Source of the DNA: a virus
Direction: 5' to 3' (one strand)
DNA length: 64,000 nt
IMG/VR virus record: IMGVR_UViG_3300030108_003783
Span: 1 to 64,000 of that record
In this document: positions 29,506 to 38,063 of the stretch, piece by piece
Numbering within the stretch: the first letter of the stretch is position 1
How the letters are laid out: every line of letters begins with the position of its first letter
The notes under the pieces: model-generated
Told to the model about the DNA's origin: nothing
What the model saw: the letters and a program-made list of their open reading frames with translations, nothing else
The model's database searches: none
Program-made: the position numbers and the translations under genes

Positions 29506-29991
29506 ATGGCAAAATTAAATGAACAAGAACCAATAGACCAAGAAGCATTACCAGATAGAGTTAAAAGATCTAAATTACCAATTGATCCTCTTTATCCAAA
29601 ATCTAGATATGACTCACAAGATTATTTTGAAATAATAGGAGAAGATGTTCCAGATGATATTGTAACACCTGTAACAACTTTTATTCCTCCAACAGAGAAA
29701 GATTATGAAAAGGGATTTTTTAATAGATACTTTATAGCAAGGTACGATTCAAATTTTGCAACTGAAGTTTCAATGAAATATTTTACAAAAAAATTCTCAA
29801 AATTACCAGACGGTCTTTATTTGGGTACAAATATGAAATGGTACATAACTAATAATAATTTACCAGTATTAGATTCAATAAGAACTACTATAACAGCAGA
29901 ATCTGTAAATAGGCATAATACAGAAATAGAATCTAAAAGATTGCCGCAATTAAAAAATACTATAAAAGATTTTACTCAATTCTTTCGATAA
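29506..29991 (+). CDS. Hypothetical protein at the end of the tail module
   Basis: GGAGG SD; PTEKDYEKGFFNRYF. Confidence 0.65.
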   Translation: MAKLNEQEPIDQEALPDRVKRSKLPIDPLYPKSRYDSQDYFEIIGEDVPDDIVTPVTTFIPPTEKDYEKGFFNRYFIARYDSNFATEVSMKYFTKKFSKLPDGLYLGTNMKWYITNNNLPVLDSIRTTITAESVNRHNTEIESKRLPQLKNTIKDFTQFFR

Positions 29992-30014
29992 GTCAAATAA
30001 ATTTCTTATATTAG
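29983..30014 (+). promoter_or_regulatory. Class A promoter (leaderless geometry)
   Basis: TTTC-GATAAGTC...N20-TATATTAG; ATG 4 nt later. Confidence 0.6.
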
Positions 30015-30018
30015 GAAT

Positions 30019-31047
30019 ATGAATATAAAACAGGTTACATTAGATAAAGAGAAAAAAGTGTGCGTTCATTCTTATATAAAGAATGGAAGGGTTATAGATT
30101 TAGATTCAATAAAAACATCAACTCATTTATTTTATCAAAGAATGTACTGGAATAGGCCAGATATTTTTGATATTATACCAAACTGCAAACATCGTGAATA
30201 TATAAATAGTTTAGATAAAAGCTTAGACAGTTTTGAATTATCAGAGTATGATATTAACATAGCACAAACTTACGAAAATCTGATTTTACCTTTATTTAAT
30301 AAAATAGAAGAAAATGGCTTATACACTAAAAATGGTTATGAACATTCCAAGTACAATTTATTTACTATTACTGGTAGACCATCAAATGCAAACAATGGTA
30401 TAAATTATGCCGCATTAAATAAAGCTGATGGCTCAAGGGAAAGGTTTACTAGTAGGTTTTCTAATGGCTTTTTATTAGAAATGGACTTTGATGCATATCA
30501 TATCAGATTGATTGCAGATTTAATAAATTATAAATTACCTGATTCTTCTGTTCATGAATACTTTGCAAAACAATTTTATGGTGTTACTTCTGTAACTAAA
30601 GAAGAATACGAACAATCTAAAGCAATGTCTTTTCAAGTTTTATATGGTGGTGTTCCAAAAGAATTGGAAGCAATAGAATATTTTAATAAAACTAAGCAGT
30701 ACATTTTTAAGCTTTGGGATAATTATAATTATAAGGGTTACATACAAACACCAGTATTCAATAGAAGGTTATATAAAAACAATCTGGAAAATATGAATCC
30801 TCAAAAGTTATTTAATTATTTAATACAAGCTTACGAAACTGAAAGGAACATTAAAGCAATAGAAAAAATTCATAATATCCTTAAAGGTTATAATTCTAAA
30901 TTAATCCTTTATACATACGATGCATTTTTATTTGATTGCGCAAAAGAAGAAATATCAATTATAAAAAATGAAATTGCAAACAATTTAGATTTTCCAGTTA
31001 AAATGCATGTAGGTAAGAACTACAATGATATGAAGCTTTTAACGTGA
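30019..31047 (+). CDS. Family A DNA polymerase domain, short and divergent, no exonuclease domains
   Basis: TITGRPSN, EMDFDAYHIRL (motif A), SKAMSFQVLYG (B), NYLIQ, YTYDAFLFD (C). Confidence 0.8.
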   Translation: MNIKQVTLDKEKKVCVHSYIKNGRVIDLDSIKTSTHLFYQRMYWNRPDIFDIIPNCKHREYINSLDKSLDSFELSEYDINIAQTYENLILPLFNKIEENGLYTKNGYEHSKYNLFTITGRPSNANNGINYAALNKADGSRERFTSRFSNGFLLEMDFDAYHIRLIADLINYKLPDSSVHEYFAKQFYGVTSVTKEEYEQSKAMSFQVLYGGVPKELEAIEYFNKTKQYIFKLWDNYNYKGYIQTPVFNRRLYKNNLENMNPQKLFNYLIQAYETERNIKAIEKIHNILKGYNSKLILYTYDAFLFDCAKEEISIIKNEIANNLDFPVKMHVGKNYNDMKLLT

Positions 31048-31053
31048 TTTATT

Positions 31054-31063
31054 GATATTTATA
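31054..31063 (+). promoter_or_regulatory. Class B promoter motif
   Basis: GATATTTATA followed by AGGAG SD. Confidence 0.6.
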
Positions 31064-31087
31064 TTCAAAGATAAATAGGAGCAAAGT

Positions 31088-32230
31088 ATGAACATAAACT
31101 CTATAGTTAAAGAATGGGCTTGGCGAACAAATGATGGTATGCCTAATCCTAATGATAGAGATCATATAGAATTATTAGAAAATATACTATTAGCTCATAA
31201 GTACGATAGAGATTTTGTAGATCAATTCATTCATCAAATAGCACCATTAAATGAAGCAGCAATTAAAAATTCAAAAGTATTAGCTGCTATAAAAGCTAAG
31301 AATAAAAATGCAGCTTTTAAAAAGTTTTTAGGTAATTTACCTAGTGGTGATCCAGCAAGACAGATGAAAAATTATCTAGAAAAATTAGACGATAAAAAAG
31401 CTGAAGAATTTGCAGATATACTATACTCTTCTGCTAATCCTCCAAAATCAATTGGTGGTGGAGTACAAAGAGATATATTTAATATTGATGCAAAGGGAAT
31501 AGGTAAAGGTGAACTTTGGTTAGCAGTTATGACTAAGAACTCCGAGATACAAGGTGGAGGAGTTTCTTTCGATTTAAAAGCTGGCGGTAAAAAATACGAA
31601 GTAAAAGTATATGACACTTCTGCTTCTGCTGTAATTAGATTAGGAACTGAAGGAGCATTAGGATCTACAATATTTTGGCAAGAGATATTAGACACTTTAA
31701 AATTATTAGAAAAATTAGTTAAGTCTGTTAATATAAAGGATTACTTTGATAATGATTTTGCATCAGCAATAGATAAAATGATATCTAGAAAAGGTATGAC
31801 ATTGAAGGGAGAATTCAATAAAGCTGATATGAAAACGTATGAAACTTTCTATAGATTAGCAGAAGCTAAAACTAAAGTTGCTGAAGATGGTTTTAATAGA
31901 ATAGATTTAAGAGGGCCTAACACAAGACCTCAATCATTCACCATCAAACCAATACCTTCTAATATATCTGGTAACAGTATAAAAATAGAATTAGTAAAAG
32001 GTAACACTAAAGATACAGTTTTATCTAATATCATAACTGAATTAAGAAGATTAAAATACGTTAGACAACCTGGAGCTTTAGCAACTGACGTACAAAAATC
32101 TGTTGATAATGCAATTGCAAGTGGACCAGCTGATGCCTTCATAGTATTCAGACCAGGAAGAATATACGTTGGAAATAAATTTAAATTTGGTGTAATTTCT
32201 CAAGGTGGTATAAAGATTATTGAAAGGTAG
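31088..32230 (+). CDS. Hypothetical protein with possible PD-(D/E)xK nuclease domain
   Basis: GKGELWL...FDLK.GGKKYEVK. Confidence 0.55.
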   Translation: MNINSIVKEWAWRTNDGMPNPNDRDHIELLENILLAHKYDRDFVDQFIHQIAPLNEAAIKNSKVLAAIKAKNKNAAFKKFLGNLPSGDPARQMKNYLEKLDDKKAEEFADILYSSANPPKSIGGGVQRDIFNIDAKGIGKGELWLAVMTKNSEIQGGGVSFDLKAGGKKYEVKVYDTSASAVIRLGTEGALGSTIFWQEILDTLKLLEKLVKSVNIKDYFDNDFASAIDKMISRKGMTLKGEFNKADMKTYETFYRLAEAKTKVAEDGFNRIDLRGPNTRPQSFTIKPIPSNISGNSIKIELVKGNTKDTVLSNIITELRRLKYVRQPGALATDVQKSVDNAIASGPADAFIVFRPGRIYVGNKFKFGVISQGGIKIIER

Positions 32231-32232
32231 AT

Positions 32233-32634
32233 ATGAGAACAAATTTATTATGCACATTTACTAATCCTAGAGATAAAAGAAAAACTATCGATTTAATTAT
32301 TGATAAGTATGATATATTGTACAATAAGATTTTTCTTTTAAAGAATGTAGATAATGATAGAGAACTTATGTGCACTTATAATATATCTATAGAAGAAAAT
32401 TATTCTGAACTGGAAAATACTATTTTGTTGCATAGAAAAAAACAAACAAATACTTTATATACTATTAACGCTTTAAATTCTTTAATAAAGATTTTAAACA
32501 ATGGTGTATTAGATACAACATACCAATTAGATTGGGAAAATTATAGAAATACAATGTTGTTAACTAATGAGGAAGGTTTAAAAAGAGTTGAAACTGAAGT
32601 AGAAGATATTATCTATATAAAAATAAAAAGGTAA
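32233..32634 (+). CDS. Hypothetical phage protein
   Basis: 133 aa; LLCTF, CTYN, HRKKQTNTLYTINALN. Confidence 0.7.
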   Translation: MRTNLLCTFTNPRDKRKTIDLIIDKYDILYNKIFLLKNVDNDRELMCTYNISIEENYSELENTILLHRKKQTNTLYTINALNSLIKILNNGVLDTTYQLDWENYRNTMLLTNEEGLKRVETEVEDIIYIKIKR

Positions 32635-32639
32635 GAGCT

Positions 32640-33203
32640 ATGATTAAATTAAAAAATTTATTACACGAAAGCAATATTTCAGAAAACTTGAAATATCATA
32701 TTAGAAATCAAATATCATTAAATGAATCAGTATTTAGATATGGCTCTAAATCTCACTTCGATTTAATTAATGAAGCAAGAAAATTGCATAACAAGGGTGC
32801 TGAATTTGATCCTTATTCTAAATATATACTAGAAACGGATATGGGAACTATGGGATTATATGAAGGTGAAGAAGTACCATTAGACTTTCCAATGATAAAT
32901 GAAGCAGAGTATCAAGGTAGAAAAGTAGATTTGAATAAACCTAAAAGAGGTGGTTCTGCAAAATATTACGTTTATGTAAAAGATCCTAAATCTGGTAACA
33001 TTCGTAAAATAGCTTTTGGTGCAAAAGGTGGTGGTGGAAAATTAGCTGTAAAAATTAAGGATCCAAAAGCAAGTAAAAACTTCGCAGATAGGCACAACTG
33101 TGATCAAAAGAAAGATAGAACGAAAGCTGGATATTGGTCTTGTAACTTACCAAGATATGCAAAACAATTAGGCTTAGGTTCTAATATGAATAAATTCTGG
33201 TAA
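32640..33203 (+). CDS. Hypothetical virion-type protein with basic C-terminal domain
   Basis: MIKLKNLLHE leader; YYVYVK...IAFG...FADRHNC...AGYWSC. Confidence 0.7.
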   Translation: MIKLKNLLHESNISENLKYHIRNQISLNESVFRYGSKSHFDLINEARKLHNKGAEFDPYSKYILETDMGTMGLYEGEEVPLDFPMINEAEYQGRKVDLNKPKRGGSAKYYVYVKDPKSGNIRKIAFGAKGGGGKLAVKIKDPKASKNFADRHNCDQKKDRTKAGYWSCNLPRYAKQLGLGSNMNKFW

Positions 33204-33467
33204 ATGAATCCATATACAGACGAAAATAATACAGGTTATAAAATAAGAACATTTGAAAAAGATGTTCCAGAAGAAGAGTTGATTTGGCATACTGATGAAA
33301 GAACTAGAGTAGTTGAAGTATTAGAAAGCAAAGGTTGGCAATTTCAATTCGACGATGAATTACCATTCGGATTACAACGTGGTACTATAATAAACATACC
33401 AAAAGGTAAAATACATAGGATCATCAAAGGTAATAGTAATTTGGTAATTAAAATCAAAGAAATTTGA
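33204..33467 (+). CDS. Small cupin-fold protein
   Basis: WHTD...R and IPKGKIHRIIKG. Confidence 0.7.
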   Translation: MNPYTDENNTGYKIRTFEKDVPEEELIWHTDERTRVVEVLESKGWQFQFDDELPFGLQRGTIINIPKGKIHRIIKGNSNLVIKIKEI

Positions 33468-33528
33468 TATTTATATTAAAGGTTTTTGCCATTTTCTTTG
33501 GATATGTCAAAAATTTTTCTTATATTTA
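33466..33528 (+). promoter_or_regulatory. Tandem class B (33466-33475) and class A (33497-33528) promoter motifs
   Basis: GATATTTATA, then TTTG-GATATGTC...N20-TATATTTA. Confidence 0.65.
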
Positions 33529-33562
33529 ATAAACATTAACAATTAACACTAAGCAGTAAAAA

Positions 33563-33907
33563 ATGAAAGATTTATTATTAGCAATGGGCTTTTTTGCCAT
33601 TGGGCATACATTAATTTGGTTTCAAACAAACGGTCAATTCCTATGGAAATGGTTTCGTGAAAACCCTCTTATAATATCTATAATAGGTGGTACAATTATA
33701 TCATACTTCTTTATAGCAGGCACTAAACATATAGTGACTTTTTCTAATGGTCTATTATGGCCTGGAAGATTATTAGGTTTTGGTATTGGTATCTCATCTT
33801 TTACTATCTTAACAATAATTTATATGGGTGAGGGTTTAACAACAAAAACAATTACTTCTTTGATATTAGCAGTAGCATTAGTTAGTATACAAATATTTTG
33901 GAAGTAA
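33563..33907 (+). CDS. Small four-helix membrane protein (SMR/DMT-like size and topology)
   Basis: 114 aa with four hydrophobic segments. Confidence 0.65.
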   Translation: MKDLLLAMGFFAIGHTLIWFQTNGQFLWKWFRENPLIISIIGGTIISYFFIAGTKHIVTFSNGLLWPGRLLGFGIGISSFTILTIIYMGEGLTTKTITSLILAVALVSIQIFWK

Positions 33908-33933
33908 ATTGTTAATAACTTTTTCAAATTATA

Positions 33934-33965
33934 TTTGGATAAGTCGAAAAAAATTATTATATTTA
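33934..33965 (+). promoter_or_regulatory. Class A promoter (leaderless geometry)
   Basis: TTTG-GATAAGTC...N20-TATATTTA; ATG 4 nt later. Confidence 0.7.
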
Positions 33966-33969
33966 CAAT

Positions 33970-34899
33970 ATGAAAAACAAAAATCTAACACTAGGATATG
34001 CATGTATCAATATGGAATTACGTAAAGACAAAATCTTTACTAATCGTCACATGCGTCAAAAAACGTTCGAAGCAAAAGGTATTGAATATGCTTCTGAACT
34101 TAATTTACTAAATGTCAAAGATCTTGTAAAAATTATACAATGGAATATTGACAATGATATTAAATTGTATCGTATGTCTTCAGATATATTTACATGGCAT
34201 TCTCATTACAATCTTACAGATTGCCCAGATTATCCTGAAATCAAACGCCATCTTGAAATTGCTGGTAAACTGGCAAGGGACAATGGTATTCGTCTTTCAG
34301 CTCACCCTGGTCAATACACTGTACTTGCATCTCCCAACGAAGACATTGTTGTCCGGGCAATTGATATCTTGGACAAAACTGCAATTGTAATGGATCTTAT
34401 GGGTATGCCAAAAACACCAGAATGCAAAATCAATATACATATCGGTGGTACTTACGACGACAAAAAAGCTACAATGGCTAGGTTCTGTAAAAATTTCAAA
34501 CGTATCATTCCATCTGCACAAGCTCGTCTCACAATAGAAAACGACGACAAAGCTTCAATGTATTCAGTATCGGATCTATATGAAGGTATATACAAAGTAA
34601 TTGGTATTCCAGTTGTATTCGATTATCATCACCACAGATTCTGTACTGGTGGTTTATCCGAAGCTGAAGCTTTACATCTTGCAGCTAAAACTTGGCCAAA
34701 AGATATTCGTCAATGTACTCATTATTCCGAATCTATGGCACTAATGGAAGGAGCTGAAGATAAACGTGAACAAGCTCATTCAAATTATATTTACAACGAA
34801 ATTAACACGCACGGTCTTTCTATCGATTGCATGGTGGAAGCAAAGATGAAAGAAAAAGCTGTTCAAAGGTATTATGATAAACATTTGGTTTTATCGTAA
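33970..34899 (+). CDS. uvsE: UV-damage endonuclease UvsE/UVDE
   Basis: LGYACIN, YRMSSD, RLSAHPGQY, INIHIGG, IENDD, VFDYHHH, HYSES, EAKMKE. Confidence 0.95.
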   Translation: MKNKNLTLGYACINMELRKDKIFTNRHMRQKTFEAKGIEYASELNLLNVKDLVKIIQWNIDNDIKLYRMSSDIFTWHSHYNLTDCPDYPEIKRHLEIAGKLARDNGIRLSAHPGQYTVLASPNEDIVVRAIDILDKTAIVMDLMGMPKTPECKINIHIGGTYDDKKATMARFCKNFKRIIPSAQARLTIENDDKASMYSVSDLYEGIYKVIGIPVVFDYHHHRFCTGGLSEAEALHLAAKTWPKDIRQCTHYSESMALMEGAEDKREQAHSNYIYNEINTHGLSIDCMVEAKMKEKAVQRYYDKHLVLS

Positions 34900-34915
34900 T
34901 TTTTTATTATATTAG
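34884..34915 (+). promoter_or_regulatory. Divergent class A promoter
   Basis: TTTG-N20-TATATTAG without the full GATAWGTC core. Confidence 0.45.
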
Positions 34916-34952
34916 TAACAATTATTTATTTAACAATTAAAAGGAGAAAAAA

Positions 34953-35717
34953 ATGGCAATTGATTTAGATGCTATCCGCAAGAAGCTTCAAGGCTTACAA
35001 ACAACGACGACAAGAACGTCAAATTTATGGAAACCAGAACCTGGTAAAAATGTAATTCGTATTGTACCTTATCAATTTAATAAGGACAATCCATTCCAAG
35101 AATTATTCTTTCACTATGGTTTAGGCAAAAGAAATTATTTATCACCTGTTACTTTTGGTGATGCAGACCCAATAGTTGAGTTTGCTGATAAACTAAAACA
35201 AACTGGTAACAGAGATGATTGGAAATTAGCTAAAGGGCTTACACCAAAAATGAGAACTTATGTTCCAGTTATAGTTAGAGGTCAAGAATCAGAAGGTGTT
35301 AAATTATGGGGCTTTGGTAAAACTGTTTATCAAGAACTATTAACATTTATAGCTGATCCTGATTATGGTGATATCACAGATGTTAAATCTGGTAGAGATA
35401 TTACAGTTACTTTTACTCCAGCTGAAGGAGGTGAAAGATATCCTAAAACTGCAATAATGGTTAAACCTAACCAAACACCTGCAACAGAGGATAAAACAAT
35501 AGCTGACAATATTATGAATGGTCAAGAAGACATTTTCAATATTTTCAAAAGAGTTTCTTATGAAGATTTAAAAGAAGCTTTAGAAAACTGGTTAAACCCT
35601 GAAAATGATGAAAATTCTAATGAAGTACCAGCAACTGATAAGAAAGAAGAAGTACCAGCTGGTGTTAAACAATCTGACGATATAGATTCAGCATTTGATG
35701 ATTTATTTAATAATTAG
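34953..35717 (+). CDS. Single-stranded DNA-binding protein (T4 gp32-like)
   Basis: WKP..G...IRIVP, LWGFGKTVY, DITD..SGRD, acidic tail DDIDSAFDDLF. Confidence 0.85.
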   Translation: MAIDLDAIRKKLQGLQTTTTRTSNLWKPEPGKNVIRIVPYQFNKDNPFQELFFHYGLGKRNYLSPVTFGDADPIVEFADKLKQTGNRDDWKLAKGLTPKMRTYVPVIVRGQESEGVKLWGFGKTVYQELLTFIADPDYGDITDVKSGRDITVTFTPAEGGERYPKTAIMVKPNQTPATEDKTIADNIMNGQEDIFNIFKRVSYEDLKEALENWLNPENDENSNEVPATDKKEEVPAGVKQSDDIDSAFDDLFNN

Positions 35718-35727
35718 GAGATAATTT

Positions 35728-36876
35728 ATGGCAAGGAAAAGTAAAGCTCAAAAAGCAGCTATTGATTCTAGAGATGAACTTGCTGGAGTTATCGCTGACT
35801 CATTAAATAAGAAATTCAAGTCAATGAAAGTGGCTTATTTCTTAGATGGAGCGGAAGAGACACCAACAGATTTAACTGAATGGGTTTCTACTGGTTCATC
35901 ATTATTAGATCTTGCAATTTCAAATAGACCTCATGGGGGATTACCAGTAGGAAGGATTACAGAGCTAACTGGATTAGAAGCTTCTGGTAAATCTTTAATT
36001 GGTGCTCACTTATTAGCAAACACTCAAAAGCAAGGTGGACTAGCAGTTTACATTGATACAGAGAATGCTATGAATGAGGAATTTGCAAGAGCTATTGGTA
36101 TTGATATTTCTAAATTACTTTATGTACAACTCGAAGCTATCGAGGATATATTTGATGTAATTGAAAATATAATACTAAAGATCCGTGAATCGGATAATGA
36201 TAGATTAGTTACTATCGTAGTTGATTCAGTTGCAGCTGCAACAACCAAAGTTGAACAAGAAGCAGATTTTGAGAAAGATGGTTGGGCAACCTCTAAAGCT
36301 ATTATTATATCTAAAGCTATGAGAAAGGTTACTCAATTAATTGGTAGACAGAGAATCTGTTTGGTATTTACAAATCAATTGAGAGTTAGATTGGGTGTAT
36401 CATTTGGTGATCCTTATACTACCTCAGGTGGTAAAGCATTAGGATTCCATGCTTCATGTAGACTTAGGTTAAAAGCTGCTGGTCAAATAAAAGCTAAGAT
36501 TGATGGGAAAGAGCAAGTAGTTGGTATTAAAACTAAAGCTCAAGTTGTCAAGAATAGAATGGGACCACCATTAAGAACTGCAGAATTCCAAATCTATTTT
36601 GATAGAGGAATTGATGATTATGGTTCATGGTTACAAGTTATGAAAGACTATAACTTAGTCAAACAAGGTGGGTCTTGGTATACTTATATTGACCAAACAA
36701 CTGGTGAGGAAATCAAATTTATGTCTAAAGAATTTGAAGATAAAATCCTCTCCGATGAAACTAGGAAAGAACGTATTTACAATTCTATATGTAATGCGTT
36801 AACCATGTCTTACAAATCAGACGATATTGGTATTGATGATGTAGAGATTGGTAACGACGACGTTCCTATTAACTAA
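35728..36876 (+). CDS. recA: RecA/UvsX recombinase
   Basis: STGS..LD, GLEASGKS, YIDTENA, VVDSVAA, FTNQLR, GGKALGFHAS.RL, KNRMGPP. Confidence 0.95.
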   Translation: MARKSKAQKAAIDSRDELAGVIADSLNKKFKSMKVAYFLDGAEETPTDLTEWVSTGSSLLDLAISNRPHGGLPVGRITELTGLEASGKSLIGAHLLANTQKQGGLAVYIDTENAMNEEFARAIGIDISKLLYVQLEAIEDIFDVIENIILKIRESDNDRLVTIVVDSVAAATTKVEQEADFEKDGWATSKAIIISKAMRKVTQLIGRQRICLVFTNQLRVRLGVSFGDPYTTSGGKALGFHASCRLRLKAAGQIKAKIDGKEQVVGIKTKAQVVKNRMGPPLRTAEFQIYFDRGIDDYGSWLQVMKDYNLVKQGGSWYTYIDQTTGEEIKFMSKEFEDKILSDETRKERIYNSICNALTMSYKSDDIGIDDVEIGNDDVPIN

Positions 36877-36879
36877 TCG

Positions 36880-36958
36880 GTTATTAATACGGAGGGTAGA
36901 AAAAATGGTAGCTTAAGCAATTGTGGTAGCTTAAACTTTTTCTCCCTCTGTTAATAAC
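36880..36958 (+). ncRNA. Candidate structured element: ~22-bp bulged stem whose loop carries two TGGTAGCTTAA direct repeats
   Basis: GTTATTAATACGGAGGGTAGAAAAA / TTTTTCTCCCTCTGTTAATAAC; repeats at 36906-16 and 36924-34. Confidence 0.45.
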
Positions 36959-36972
36959 TTTCTTCCATTTTC

Positions 36973-37004
36973 TTTGGATATGTCAAAAAAATTTCTTATA
37001 TTTA
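36973..37004 (+). promoter_or_regulatory. Class A promoter
   Basis: TTTG-GATATGTC...N20-TATATTTA; nearly identical to the 33497 copy. Confidence 0.7.
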
Positions 37005-37022
37005 CAATGTAAATAAAACAAA

Positions 37023-38063
37023 ATGAAAAAATACTATAGCGAAATATTAAAGAATTTAAATGAAGATACTGAGCCTTTAAAGCTTAATGATAGAGTATTA
37101 TTAGTAGATGGCTTAAATACATTTATCAGAGCTTTTGTTATGAACCCATCAACTAATGAAGATGGTATTCATATTGGTGGTATCAAAGGGTTTATGTTGT
37201 CAATGGGTTATGCCATTAAAAATATTAAACCAACAAGAGTTATTGTTTGCTTTGATGGGGCTGGTGGTTCACAAAGACGTAGAAAGCTTCATCCTGAATA
37301 CAAACAAAACCGTAAAGTAAATAGAAGATTATTAAGGGCTGCTCATCAAGATCATTCAGATGAAGATAACAAGCTTGCAATGAAACATCAGCTACAAAGG
37401 TTATTAGAATATTTAAGCAATTGTCCTGTTACATTAGTATCTATTGATAAGATAGAAGCAGACGATTCTATTGCATATATAACAAAGCAAATATTAAAAA
37501 ATAGCAAATGCTTTATCATGTCTTCAGACAAAGACTTTTTACAATTGGTGGATAAAAGAGTTACAGTTTGGTCACCAACGAAAAAGCAATATTACTTTGA
37601 TGAAAACGTTAAAGAAGAGTTCGATTTAATACCGGAAAACTATATTTATTATAAATGTCTTTTAGGAGATAAAGGTGATAATGTTCCAGGTCTTTCTGGT
37701 TTAGGTCATAAAACGTTATATAAAAATTTACCAATATTATTTGGTCCAGATCCAATAACAATGGACGATATAATAGATTATGCTAAAACAAATGCATTAC
37801 AAACAAAAGCTTTAAAATTGATTGCTGATAATGTAGACCATTTAAATTTAAATTATCAATTAATGCAATTACATGAAACAGATATTTCTGGTTCTGCAAA
37901 AGAAAGATTACAAAATTTAGTTAAAGCTAAAATACCTTCTTTTGTCAAATACGATTTTATGAAAATGCTTTTAGAGGACAGGATGTGGATTGTTAAAAAT
38001 ATAGAATTTTGGATAAGAGATGTCTTCTTATCATTAGACACAAGGGGAAGGGATGATAAATAA
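37023..38063 (+). CDS. 5'-3' exonuclease / flap endonuclease (Pol I 5' nuclease, T4 RNase H-like)
   Basis: LVDGLN, FDG, YKQNR, EADD, SSDKDFLQL, GDKGDNVPGL.GLG.KT. Confidence 0.92.
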   Translation: MKKYYSEILKNLNEDTEPLKLNDRVLLVDGLNTFIRAFVMNPSTNEDGIHIGGIKGFMLSMGYAIKNIKPTRVIVCFDGAGGSQRRRKLHPEYKQNRKVNRRLLRAAHQDHSDEDNKLAMKHQLQRLLEYLSNCPVTLVSIDKIEADDSIAYITKQILKNSKCFIMSSDKDFLQLVDKRVTVWSPTKKQYYFDENVKEEFDLIPENYIYYKCLLGDKGDNVPGLSGLGHKTLYKNLPILFGPDPITMDDIIDYAKTNALQTKALKLIADNVDHLNLNYQLMQLHETDISGSAKERLQNLVKAKIPSFVKYDFMKMLLEDRMWIVKNIEFWIRDVFLSLDTRGRDDK

